A program made the translations under genes and the position numbers. From positions 1 through 54,687 of IMG/VR virus record IMGVR_UViG_3300030117_001005: DNA of 54,687 nucleotides; one strand, given 5' to 3'. This document shows positions 17,562 through 25,515 of this stretch, one piece after another. The stretch's first letter is position 1, and every line of letters begins with the position of its first letter. The notes beneath the pieces were generated by a model, which did not search any database, had not been told where the DNA came from, and saw only the letters and a program-made list of their open reading frames with translations. Source of the stretch: a virus (lineage: Duplodnaviria > Caudoviricetes).

Positions 17562-17879
17562 TTAAGATCCTTTAACCCATTTTTTAGAAGGAGATTTTGT
17601 TTTAGAAGCACTCCATTTAACTTTGTTTGCCCAATATGCTGCAGACATTTTACCTTTTGCTATGTTCTTTGCGTGTCTCGATTTAAAAGCTTCACGCTGT
17701 CCTGCAGTCTGGTTTGTCTTTACACCTTTTTGCCCGAACTTTATATATTTATATTTACCTCCTTCAGATGCCATTACGTGGTGGGATTTACCACTACTAT
17801 CATTTAACCTTTGCGGTTTGTTGACACCCTTGAGGCCAACAGCTTTCATTTTGTTTTTGACACGCTCAGGTACAGCCAT
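17562..17879 (-). CDS. Basic protein, DUF5754-like
   Basis: KYIKFGQKG...REAFKSRH...SAAYWANKVKW. Confidence 0.55.
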   Translation of the reverse strand: MAVPERVKNKMKAVGLKGVNKPQRLNDSSGKSHHVMASEGGKYKYIKFGQKGVKTNQTAGQREAFKSRHAKNIAKGKMSAAYWANKVKWSASKTKSPSKKWVKGS

Positions 17880-18242
17880 TTACTTGTACCTGTCGTACTT
17901 CGGATTATCTTTTCTTCCAAACAATCTCAAAACAAAATCTGTTATACCTCTAATCATTTCTGTCGGTGTTGGCAAGAGCCAACCTAAAATTAACAGCAAT
18001 ATAACCCAAGGAGGTATGTTGGTGTTGATAATGTCTAAGTTTTCCACAGTTCCTGTCTCTACTTCTTTTTTTATTACATCTCTTCCTGCTGTAGTGTTTT
18101 GTTCAACACTCATTACAGCTTGTCTATTCTCAGCACCTATCTGTGCGTTAGAATTTACTGTAGGACCTCCTGATCCTCCTAACGGAAGCAGAGTACTCAA
18201 ACCACAACCAGATAAGAATAGAACGAGTATTAACCATCTCAC
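17880..18242 (-). CDS. Putative unimolecular spanin (start revised to GTG 18242)
   Basis: GGAG RBS; MRWLILVLFLSGC lipobox, beta-rich middle, C-terminal TM PPWVILLLILGWLLP; near the endolysin. Confidence 0.7.
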   Translation of the reverse strand: MRWLILVLFLSGCGLSTLLPLGGSGGPTVNSNAQIGAENRQAVMSVEQNTTAGRDVIKKEVETGTVENLDIINTNIPPWVILLLILGWLLPTPTEMIRGITDFVLRLFGRKDNPKYDRYK

Positions 18243-18246
18243 TACA

Positions 18247-18453
18247 TTACTCCTGCTTATCATCTTTGTTAAAACAATCAAACTGTAAGCCTAAGTACTC
18301 GTTTTCTTCGTACTTTTCCCAGTTTGCTTTCTGAGCAATTATCTGACACTGATGCTCAGTGAACAGTTCTTGCATGATGTACTGATTACCTGTGTAGACC
18401 CACTCTTCACCAGTGTTTCCCCACAGACTTATAACTAGTACAAACTCTTTCAC
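18247..18453 (-). CDS. Small Cys-pair protein
   Basis: GTG start, hydrophobic N-terminal strand, LFTEHQC, C-terminal FDC. Confidence 0.55.
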   Translation of the reverse strand: MKEFVLVISLWGNTGEEWVYTGNQYIMQELFTEHQCQIIAQKANWEKYEENEYLGLQFDCFNKDDKQE

Positions 18454-18920
18454 TACATCAATTCAAAGTGGGGAGCATCGATGAAGGGTCTACGCCCCTG
18501 GCTTCGTCTTAGGTCTACGTATGCCATCATGGCATCTTCTGCGCTGCCTGGGTAAGATCTTATATCTCCTTCACTCCAAGCTGCTCCCCATTTGATGCTG
18601 CATCCAACCTCTTGGGCAGCCTTTTTAAAAGCGTCACAAATATTGTCGTACAAGTTTAGTTCCCAAGAAACATCAGAACCAACATAAGCTACTACGTCAA
18701 CTGCGTGACTAAAACCGTCATCTTGTAATAAATGTTTAGATCGCATAGTCTGAGATCTTCCTGCAGCTACGTTAGCCTTTTGCTCGTCTAAGGTTCTTAC
18801 ACCCTGCGTCACTCCAAAGTCTACATCTGTCAGTTGGATAGCTCTTTCAACTACTGCTGTCATATCTGGGTGTACACCCTCTAGTCTGTCTAAAGATCTT
18901 TGACTTAATCTAAAACTCAT
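18453..18920 (-). CDS. Endolysin, M15-family L-Ala-D-Glu peptidase
   Basis: LSQRSLDRLEGVHPD, GVRTLDEQ, SKHL, HAVD, KWG, DAPHFEL. Confidence 0.9.
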   Translation of the reverse strand: MSFRLSQRSLDRLEGVHPDMTAVVERAIQLTDVDFGVTQGVRTLDEQKANVAAGRSQTMRSKHLLQDDGFSHAVDVVAYVGSDVSWELNLYDNICDAFKKAAQEVGCSIKWGAAWSEGDIRSYPGSAEDAMMAYVDLRRSQGRRPFIDAPHFELM

Positions 18921-19246
18921 CTCATGTCCTTCTGCATTGCTACTCTGTTGCCCATTGGTTTACCTGCCATGTATGCTGTAGCTCCCATGTACGCTGCTAC
19001 GATACCAGTTTGAGCAATGTAAAATAGCCCAAGCAAATCTGCTAGGGCTGCTACTCTTGTGTCTGACATTAACGGTGTGAACAAAACGACTGTAAAACCA
19101 ATCATCATCACCATAGCTATCCAAGCCATCTTCTTTTGAGACTCAGCTTTTTCTTCTCGTAACTCAACCTCGAGCATACGTTCTTTCATTGCTACTTCTT
19201 CTGTTGTGATCTTACCATCACCATCAATGTCAAAGTCTACTACCAT
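18917..19246 (-). CDS. Putative holin with an N-terminal EF-hand-like loop
   Basis: DIDGDGKITTEE loop followed by two TM helices; directly upstream of the endolysin. Confidence 0.55.
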   Translation of the reverse strand: MVVDFDIDGDGKITTEEVAMKERMLEVELREEKAESQKKMAWIAMVMMIGFTVVLFTPLMSDTRVAALADLLGLFYIAQTGIVAAYMGATAYMAGKPMGNRVAMQKDMR

Positions 19247-19249
19247 CTA

Positions 19250-19516
19250 TTACTCCACAACTTCTTTAGTTCCACAGACACGTTCATACACCATGTCTCC
19301 AACATAAGCTTCAGCCCATTTGTTTTCAGTGAAGGTACAAAACGTCCACAGATCATTTACGTCTAGGTCTAACAGTTCTAGTTGTTGTTGTTGTTCTGAC
19401 ACTTTTATTTGTAAGTGTTCTATATCGTGAACTAAGTTACTGATATACCAGACTAAAGCGACTAACTGTACAGCCATTGCAAAGACAAGAGCTACTGGTA
19501 TTTTAAAACCGTCCAT
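19250..19516 (-). CDS. Membrane-anchored coiled-coil protein
   Basis: N-terminal TM (IPVALVFAMAVQLVALVWY) then heptads. Confidence 0.6.
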   Translation of the reverse strand: MDGFKIPVALVFAMAVQLVALVWYISNLVHDIEHLQIKVSEQQQQLELLDLDVNDLWTFCTFTENKWAEAYVGDMVYERVCGTKEVVE

Positions 19517-19519
19517 GTA

Positions 19520-19774
19520 TTATTCCCAATCTCGTTTTCTGTCAGGATCTAGAACGTCTTGTTTACGTAAAAAACCTTCGAGGTACATAGATCTTTCCAT
19601 TCTGTCCAAAGATACCCAGTGTCCTGTAGATTCGTAGTAAGCTCTTCTAACATAGAACACGTCAGATCGGGGAATGTGTACCCTTTTTAACTTGTTCTCG
19701 TTTTTTTCAGCTAAAGCTTTGTAGAACTCTTTGAGTACTGAGTCAGACTCGAAGTACTTTACTCTTTTGTTCAT
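19520..19774 (-). CDS. Hypothetical protein
   Basis: 84 aa, preceded by a promoter motif at 19795-19823. Confidence 0.6.
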   Translation of the reverse strand: MNKRVKYFESDSVLKEFYKALAEKNENKLKRVHIPRSDVFYVRRAYYESTGHWVSLDRMERSMYLEGFLRKQDVLDPDRKRDWE

Positions 19775-19794
19775 GATAATTACTTGTGTTGCGT

Positions 19795-19823
19795 AGTTTT
19801 ACGTAAAGTATCCCACAAGTCAA
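19795..19823 (-). promoter_or_regulatory. Sigma70-like late-arm promoter
   Basis: TTGACT-N16-TAAAACT. Confidence 0.55.
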
Positions 19824-19878
19824 CAGCATCGTTCCAATTTTCTTTCAGAAAATAGACAACAAAAAAAGGAATGTGGGG

Positions 19879-19961
19879 TACTATTAGTAATACTTTAAGT
19901 ATTATTGTTAATATTAATTAATTATCATTAATAATAAATACTAAAAGTATTACTTCTAGTA
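19879..19961. repeat. AT-rich element A with four TACT-N3-AGTA palindromes
   Basis: Boxes at 19879, 19891, 19939 and 19951 flank a 37-bp core that is almost purely A/T. Confidence 0.8.
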
Positions 19962-20028
19962 TTATATACTATTAGTTATACACGCTTCAAGTTTAAAACA
20001 AGGACAATACAGGCAAAGTGACAAGATG

Positions 20029-20142
20029 TCACACCTTTCTCTTCATCATACTTAAACATATACCCTTTGACCTAGTAATAATCAGCAGCTTTCCCTGGGA
20101 ATCAAACAGGTAATACTTGTTGTTTTTCTTAAACAGTTGCAT
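20029..20142 (-). CDS. 37-aa ORF, probably leaderless; missing from the ORF track
   Basis: MQLFKKNNKYYLFDSQGKLLIITRSKGICLSMMKRKV; ATG 6 nt after TATAACT, no RBS. Confidence 0.5.
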   Translation of the reverse strand: MQLFKKNNKYYLFDSQGKLLIITRSKGICLSMMKRKV

Positions 20143-20148
20143 ATCACT

Positions 20149-20177
20149 AGTTATACCCCCATTCAATTATTGTTCAA
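20149..20177 (-). promoter_or_regulatory. First promoter of the late arm
   Basis: TTGAAC-N16-TATAACT. Confidence 0.6.
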
Positions 20178-20293
20178 CTGTAAACCACATTAATTTAAAA
20201 GTGGTTAACAGACTAAAAATACCCATATCTGTCATTGAGCATGTACACGTAACGTATACCCCCTACGTGGCGCATGCCCGACCCCTCTATATA

Positions 20294-20404
20294 GTTTAAT
20301 ATTGAACTATTTTTATCTCATATCGTTTAAAACTGAACAAAATCCAGGTGAAAACTAGTTTAACATTAAACTATTTATTTATCGTTATTCGTTTAGTATT
20401 AAAC
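20294..20404. repeat. Four 14-bp imperfect palindromes (GTTTAA-NN-TTRAAC) near the probable genome end
   Basis: Starts at 20294, 20325, 20358 and 20391. Confidence 0.8.
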
Positions 20405-20611
20405 TTTTAGAAGCAAGCGCATTACAGCAAGTTTTATGCATACCCCTATCTTAAGCTTACACATTATATATATACCCCTCTAGAGAACGTGCACATTGCC
20501 GGACATTTCCTAGCAAATCACTTACTAATTTCCGGTGCTTTTTTAGGTAACCAACAAAAAATTATTTTCTTGATCGCTGCTAACCTATTGAATCGATTGA
20601 ATTTTATAATT

Positions 20612-20640
20612 TTGCAATTAACCTGGTTTTCAATTATTGT
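20612..20640 (+). promoter_or_regulatory. Early sigma70-like promoter
   Basis: TTGCAA-N17-TATTGT, about 50 nt upstream of the first early gene. Confidence 0.55.
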
Positions 20641-20691
20641 GCTTTTAAGCAGTCAAGCTGCGACCCATTTTAAAAGAAAGGTAAATTAAAA

Positions 20692-21303
20692 ATGTATAAA
20701 AGAGATACCAAAGCAATAATAGAAATATGTGAACAAAGACAATCAGTCTTACCAGTTGCATTATTTGTGCTTACAACTATTCAAGCAGGTTTAAGTACTT
20801 GCAAAAATCAAATAAAAGACTGCAATCAAGAGGGTTCAAACTCTAGATTTTTGTGGGGTAAAAAAGCCGAAGGATTAGAGTTTGTTAAAAAGCATGACGC
20901 TTTCCTATTCGGTAAAATCCAACACATTAAAGAAACGTTAGGTACTGAAAGTGTTGAAGCTTGCACCAAAGCAATAGAACTATTTTTACCAGTACCAAAT
21001 CTAGGTATGGTTAAATCAGCATTTGTTGCACAATGCTTAGGGTTTAACGTAGCTTGTATAGACAGCCACAATTTAAAAAGATTAGGTATGGCAGAAAGCA
21101 AGGTTAAACTTGGCAATGTTAAACCAGAAACCAAACGCAAAAAAATAGAAGCTTATGTAGCAATGACGCAAGAACAAGGTTCCGAATATTGGTGGAATAG
21201 TTGGTGCGATTATGTAGCAGGTAACCAAGCAAATAGATCCTTAGATAACGGGGATATAGTTTCTAGATATCATGTGGAATGTGTTGACCTAGTAAACGTG
21301 TAA
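20692..21303 (+). CDS. HhH-GPD DNA glycosylase-like protein
   Basis: LPVPNLGMVKSAF (HhH with Lys) followed by G-FNVACIDSHNL, as in the Ogg/EndoIII-type catalytic Asp-x-His region. Confidence 0.55.
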   Translation: MYKRDTKAIIEICEQRQSVLPVALFVLTTIQAGLSTCKNQIKDCNQEGSNSRFLWGKKAEGLEFVKKHDAFLFGKIQHIKETLGTESVEACTKAIELFLPVPNLGMVKSAFVAQCLGFNVACIDSHNLKRLGMAESKVKLGNVKPETKRKKIEAYVAMTQEQGSEYWWNSWCDYVAGNQANRSLDNGDIVSRYHVECVDLVNV

Positions 21304-21304
21304 C

Positions 21305-21356
21305 TTGTTATTTTATTGGTGGCATTCTTTTGGAGTGTCACTAAATAAGACAACAA
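21305..21356 (+). other. Long intergenic hairpin (possible RNase III site or attenuator)
   Basis: TGGTGGCATTC/GAGTGTCACTA stem with G-U pairs, extended by TTGTT/AACAA; no U tail. Confidence 0.45.
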
Positions 21357-21403
21357 CAGAAACGGAATAAATAATTATGGTTCAAATATTAAGGAAGGAT
21401 AAA

Positions 21404-21646
21404 ATGATACAGTTAACGGAAAGTATGCTTAAGAATTGGTTAGAGCAAGGCTTGTACACCTACGAAGGTTTAAAAGAAACTTTTGAACTAATGATAACTG
21501 ATAAGGAAAGCGAGATTGAAAAGCTTATTAATCAACATGGTGAAGGGGTACGTCCTAGCTTTGTATCAACAGATATAGTTTGTTTACATAGTAGCATTCA
21601 CAATTATACTGAAGCTTTAAAAATGTTAGAAAGGATTAAAAAATGA
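21404..21646 (+). CDS. Hypothetical early protein (start revised)
   Basis: GGAAGGAT RBS before ATG 21404. Confidence 0.6.
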   Translation: MIQLTESMLKNWLEQGLYTYEGLKETFELMITDKESEIEKLINQHGEGVRPSFVSTDIVCLHSSIHNYTEALKMLERIKK

Positions 21647-21861
21647 GTGTTGAATTTAACGTAAATGATTTGGTTTTAGATAAGCAAAAACTAATTAATT
21701 TTGCCAACCGAATTGAACAAGTACAAAGGGAAGCAGGTTCAAGCTTTTCTACTGAGCACCAAAAAGATACAGCATTATCACTATTATGTGATATCAATAA
21801 CAGGTTAGAAGAAATCTGTTCTGACTTAAATAAATGGTATTGGTATGGGAGGCATAAATAA
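21643..21861 (+). CDS. Hypothetical early protein
   Basis: AGAAAGGAT RBS, ATGA coupling. Confidence 0.6.
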   Translation: MSVEFNVNDLVLDKQKLINFANRIEQVQREAGSSFSTEHQKDTALSLLCDINNRLEEICSDLNKWYWYGRHK

Positions 21862-22091
21862 TGAGACTTACTTCAAGGGATTGTTACCCTAGTTGGGAAA
21901 CCCAGAACGTTAGCATCTGGATAAACCACGATCCTAATTTATACGAATTTACCTACAGGCTATTGTCTAAGCTTGGATTATATAGAGCATCCAAAGAATT
22001 AGATAAGAACTTACGAGGTACTTTAACCCCTGATGGTGCAAGGTTTACCTATCAGGCTATTCTATACACTTTGTCAAACATGGAGGTTTAA
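21861..22091 (+). CDS. Hypothetical early protein (WET.NVSIWI..D...TPDG.RF family)
   Basis: GGGAGG RBS, TAATG coupling. Confidence 0.6.
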   Translation: MRLTSRDCYPSWETQNVSIWINHDPNLYEFTYRLLSKLGLYRASKELDKNLRGTLTPDGARFTYQAILYTLSNMEV

Positions 22092-22093
22092 TT

Positions 22094-22486
22094 ATGACAA
22101 AATTTGATAGATCAACTCTAAGAGCTTTACGTTCTGACTTGGATGAATTGTTAGCAACATTCAATACCGATAAGCACGATATCAAAATAGAACTTGGTAA
22201 CTGTACTTATTCGGATGGTGAGGCAACCTTCAAGCTTAAGGTTACAAAGAACGGAGCTAAGACTAGGGTTCAAGAACTTACTGAGCAAATGGCTAGGCTA
22301 GAAGAATTAGATTTATCCAAAATAGCTAAACTAGGTGGGGATGACTACAGCATAGCTGAGTTTAGACCTAAAGCATCCAAGCGTCCTTGGTTAATCACCA
22401 AGCTTAAAACAGGTCAGCTATACACTGTGGATACCAACACAGTAAAGCGACACTTTAGCGTCAAGCCTAACGTGTTTAGCACCTAA
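22094..22486 (+). CDS. Hypothetical early protein
   Basis: GGAGG RBS; 130 aa. Confidence 0.65.
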   Translation: MTKFDRSTLRALRSDLDELLATFNTDKHDIKIELGNCTYSDGEATFKLKVTKNGAKTRVQELTEQMARLEELDLSKIAKLGGDDYSIAEFRPKASKRPWLITKLKTGQLYTVDTNTVKRHFSVKPNVFST

Positions 22487-22500
22487 ATAATTATTGTTGA

Positions 22501-22533
22501 TGGTGGGGCATATTTTTAGGCTCCACCACTTTT
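22501..22533 (+). terminator. Possible intrinsic terminator
   Basis: TGGTGGGGC-loop-GCTCCACCA followed by CTTTT. Confidence 0.45.
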
Positions 22534-22550
22534 AGAAAAGGATTATTGAT

Positions 22551-23774
22551 ATGAATGTACTAAGCTTATTTGATGGCATGTCCTGTGGACAGATAGCCCT
22601 AAAAAAATTAGGTATACCAGTTAAAAACTATTTTGCTTCTGAGATTGACAAGTTCGCAATTAAGGTAGCCGAAGCAAACTTTCCTGACATGATACATTTA
22701 GGTGATGTCCAGAATGTTAAGACTAGCGGTCAACATTTGTTAGATGAATTTGATTGCGGTCACAAAATTGATTTGCTTATTGGTGGTTCACCTTGCCAAG
22801 GGTTCAGCTTTGCAGGAAAGCAATTAAACTTTGACGATCCTAGGTCACAACTATTCTTTGAATACATACGATTGTTGAAAGCTTTAAAACCTAAATACTT
22901 TATGTTGGAGAATGTTAAAATGAATAAGCAATCCCAACAGATTATTACTGATTACTTAGGTGTAGAACCTATTGAAATAAACAGTAACCTAGTGTCTGCT
23001 CAAAACAGGCGTAGGTTATATTGGACAAACATACCAGTAGACGGATTGCCAGAAGATAAAGGGATAGTTCTAGCTGATATCCTAGAAGACGGATACACCG
23101 ACAGAGAAAAGTCTTATTGCTTGGATGCAAGTTACTACAAGGGTGGTGGTGCTAGTAATGTCAGACTGTATTTTGAAAAGAGTAGAAGACAGATTGTCTT
23201 TGGTTCTGGAATGAACGTAATAGGTACTGCTACTGATATCAAAGGCAGGGAAAGCATACGCAGGGTTTACGGTGTTGATGGTAAAGCACCAACATTATTA
23301 GCTACTACTGGTGGTAATACCCAACCAAAGGTAGCCGTGAAGGGTGCTAGGATAGTGAACCGTAGGCTAGACAAAGATGGTAAGCGTAAAGACTACGACA
23401 GAACTATTGAACCAGTAGCTAGGTTAGAACTACGCAAGGATGATAAGGGTGGTTGCCTGACTACTGTACAGAAAGACAGTGTACTTGCTTTTCCTAAGAT
23501 ACTTCAGAGAGCCAGAGGGTTTAACAAAGGTGGTCTGAAAGCTTTGGACGGTAAGACACCTACCATTAGCACAAGTGCATGGGAGCACAACAATCACCTG
23601 ACACTTGACGAGGGTACAACATGGCGAAAGCTTACCCCAGTGGAGTGTGAGAGACTTCAGACTGTGCCTGACGGATACACTAACCACGTTAGCAATACCC
23701 AAAGGTATAAGATGCTAGGCAATGGTTGGACTGTGGATGTAGTCAAGCACCTATTCAAAGGGTTGGTTCAATGA
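22551..23774 (+). CDS. DNA cytosine-C5 methyltransferase (orphan)
   Basis: LSLFDGMSCG (motif I), GGSPCQGFS (IV), LENV (VI), QNRRRLY (VIII), ECERLQ..YKMLGNGW (IX-X). Confidence 0.92.
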   Translation: MNVLSLFDGMSCGQIALKKLGIPVKNYFASEIDKFAIKVAEANFPDMIHLGDVQNVKTSGQHLLDEFDCGHKIDLLIGGSPCQGFSFAGKQLNFDDPRSQLFFEYIRLLKALKPKYFMLENVKMNKQSQQIITDYLGVEPIEINSNLVSAQNRRRLYWTNIPVDGLPEDKGIVLADILEDGYTDREKSYCLDASYYKGGGASNVRLYFEKSRRQIVFGSGMNVIGTATDIKGRESIRRVYGVDGKAPTLLATTGGNTQPKVAVKGARIVNRRLDKDGKRKDYDRTIEPVARLELRKDDKGGCLTTVQKDSVLAFPKILQRARGFNKGGLKALDGKTPTISTSAWEHNNHLTLDEGTTWRKLTPVECERLQTVPDGYTNHVSNTQRYKMLGNGWTVDVVKHLFKGLVQ

Positions 23775-23911
23775 AAAGATATTATGTAGAGTACCGTCTT
23801 TTTGAATGGGAAAAAGACACTTACCATTTTTATATGATGGCTTACAGCCCAGAACAAATTCGTGAAATGATGGATGTTTACGAACTGGTTTTTGTAGATC
23901 AAACAGATTAA
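23771..23911 (+). CDS. Hypothetical early protein (start revised)
   Basis: ATGA-coupled to the methyltransferase stop; MKRYYVEY. Confidence 0.5.
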   Translation: MKRYYVEYRLFEWEKDTYHFYMMAYSPEQIREMMDVYELVFVDQTD

Positions 23912-23925
23912 GGAAGGATCAACTA

Positions 23926-24123
23926 ATGAATGATGAAGACTTAGAAAGAGAAGCAAGAGAAGCTTTTGACGGAGCAAAGAGAGCCTTAATCTATGACTAC
24001 ATGTACATGGGTACTGAGATAGGAAGAGATAACCTAGAGTATATGGGGTTCAAACATATTGAGACTAGGGAATACATAAAGATACCCAAGTGTGGGATAG
24101 CATTTAGAAAGGATATAAAATGA
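23926..24123 (+). CDS. Hypothetical early protein
   Basis: GGAAGGAT RBS. Confidence 0.55.
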   Translation: MNDEDLEREAREAFDGAKRALIYDYMYMGTEIGRDNLEYMGFKHIETREYIKIPKCGIAFRKDIK

Positions 24124-24335
24124 TTAGGAAAGATGAAGTAGAAGCTTACAACAAACACTATAAACATCTGAGGGGGGCAAAGATACTAGAGTTTTATATG
24201 GAGCAATGTAAGTATAATCCAGAAGAATTTTGGCCTACCTTTAGGATGCAAAAAGGTAATGACGTGTTTAAGTTTGTACTCTCGCAAGACCCAGAGGGTA
24301 ACGGTGGTGGCTTTGCTTTCATAGAGGATTTATAA
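24120..24335 (+). CDS. Hypothetical early protein (SQDPEGNGGGF motif)
   Basis: AGAAAGGAT RBS, ATGA coupling. Confidence 0.6.
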   Translation: MIRKDEVEAYNKHYKHLRGAKILEFYMEQCKYNPEEFWPTFRMQKGNDVFKFVLSQDPEGNGGGFAFIEDL

Positions 24336-24336
24336 A

Positions 24337-24540
24337 ATGGGGTACAGAGAGACTGAATTGGTAAAGGCTGTTGATGTTTACTCTGATAGCTTGGATGAAA
24401 AGACTTTGAGGGAGTACGTCTACAATGACTTACTGGAAAAGTATGACAAGGTAGACTACGAAACAATAGATGCTTTCATTGCCATGACAAAAGAAATGGT
24501 AAGCCTCAAAGATATATTGGATGAAGAGTTAAACAAATGA
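24337..24540 (+). CDS. Hypothetical acidic protein
   Basis: GAGGA RBS, tight gene packing. Confidence 0.55.
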   Translation: MGYRETELVKAVDVYSDSLDEKTLREYVYNDLLEKYDKVDYETIDAFIAMTKEMVSLKDILDEELNK

Positions 24541-24911
24541 TGAGAGTTTATTTCTTAGGTAGGTTCTCAAAAGTAAAAGAGGATTTAATCTGTCAGCTAG
24601 TAAGCTTTTGTCAGGAGCAAATGTTTCCAGATATTGATGACGTACTCTTGAACTTTGAAGGGATACTTCCCAAGTATAACGACTATCACGGTGATTGTTT
24701 GTACGAGGAAGACAACGAGTTTACTATCAGGCTCAACAAGCGATTGACTATTCCGCAGCTTGAAATAACTTTATGTCATGAGATGGTACACGTTAATCAG
24801 TACCTGAGGGGAAAGGAGATGGATGATACCTCACCATACTTTGAGAGGTGGCAAGAGAAAGAAGCCCACCAAAAAGAATTAGAACTACAAACTATTTTTC
24901 ATTCGCAATAA
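24537..24911 (+). CDS. Small zincin-like metallopeptidase
   Basis: ITLCHEMVHVNQY (HExxH) with a downstream E..A. Confidence 0.7.
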   Translation: MMRVYFLGRFSKVKEDLICQLVSFCQEQMFPDIDDVLLNFEGILPKYNDYHGDCLYEEDNEFTIRLNKRLTIPQLEITLCHEMVHVNQYLRGKEMDDTSPYFERWQEKEAHQKELELQTIFHSQ

Positions 24912-24930
24912 AGAAAGGATTGATTGAGAA

Positions 24931-25248
24931 ATGATAGAAGACAAAACCTACAAAATCCAGGTGGGAGATTACAACGATGCAGTAATCTATGTTTACTCCC
25001 ACAGAAACAAGATCATTAACCCAAAGGATAGTGAAGACAAACACAAGTGGAAACACTGGAAAGAAGTTGAAACAGTAGTGCCTATCAACTGGGATATGTA
25101 CGGTGATGACAGAGAAGAACAAATAGATTTGCTTCATCAAAAAGTTAAAGCCGTTGCTAGTGCTTTAGCAGAACTTTATTCACGACATATAGACTACGAG
25201 ATAGGTGTTTGCTACACCATGAACACAGACCAGTATGTAACTATTTAA
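24931..25248 (+). CDS. Hypothetical protein
   Basis: AGAAAGGAT RBS; 105 aa. Confidence 0.6.
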   Translation: MIEDKTYKIQVGDYNDAVIYVYSHRNKIINPKDSEDKHKWKHWKEVETVVPINWDMYGDDREEQIDLLHQKVKAVASALAELYSRHIDYEIGVCYTMNTDQYVTI

Positions 25249-25269
25249 AAAAACAAGGAGAAACTAAAA

Positions 25270-25515
25270 ATGAAAACAAGAAACTTTTGGACGTTAAGAA
25301 TTAGTGATTGGTTGCCAGAAACAAAAGAGTACAAAGAAAGATACACAAGGTACTTTGGGTCTAGCCTCAAAGCTAGAAGGGCAGCAATTAAACACATCAC
25401 AATTATTAAGAACGAGAACAAGATTAACACTGTGGATTACAGTAAATCTTTCTATTCAATATCAGCAGACAGTGGGAGTGTACACTGCATCATTCAAAAG
25501 GAGATGATAGAATGA
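25270..25515 (+). CDS. Hypothetical protein
   Basis: AAGGAG RBS. Confidence 0.55.
   Translation: MKTRNFWTLRISDWLPETKEYKERYTRYFGSSLKARRAAIKHITIIKNENKINTVDYSKSFYSISADSGSVHCIIQKEMIE

Noticed and set aside
366-18288. Many plus-strand ORFs in the late arm (e.g. 366..680, 750..977, 4649..4924, 14477..14854, 17623..18288) and minus-strand ORFs in the early arm
   Set aside because: They are antisense shadows of well-supported genes, with no RBS or recognisable motifs.
19778-19915. Minus-strand hydrophobic reading frame across AT element A
   Set aside because: No usable start codon after the upstream in-frame stop.
20194-20209. CtrA box (TTTA-N7-TTAAC)
   Set aside because: One mismatch in a very AT-rich region; expected by chance.
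20294-20404. CRISPR mini-array (a Cas4-like gene is present in the genome)
   Set aside because: Repeats are only 14 bp and degenerate, with 17-19 bp gaps; the Cas4-like gene sits in the ordinary replication module.
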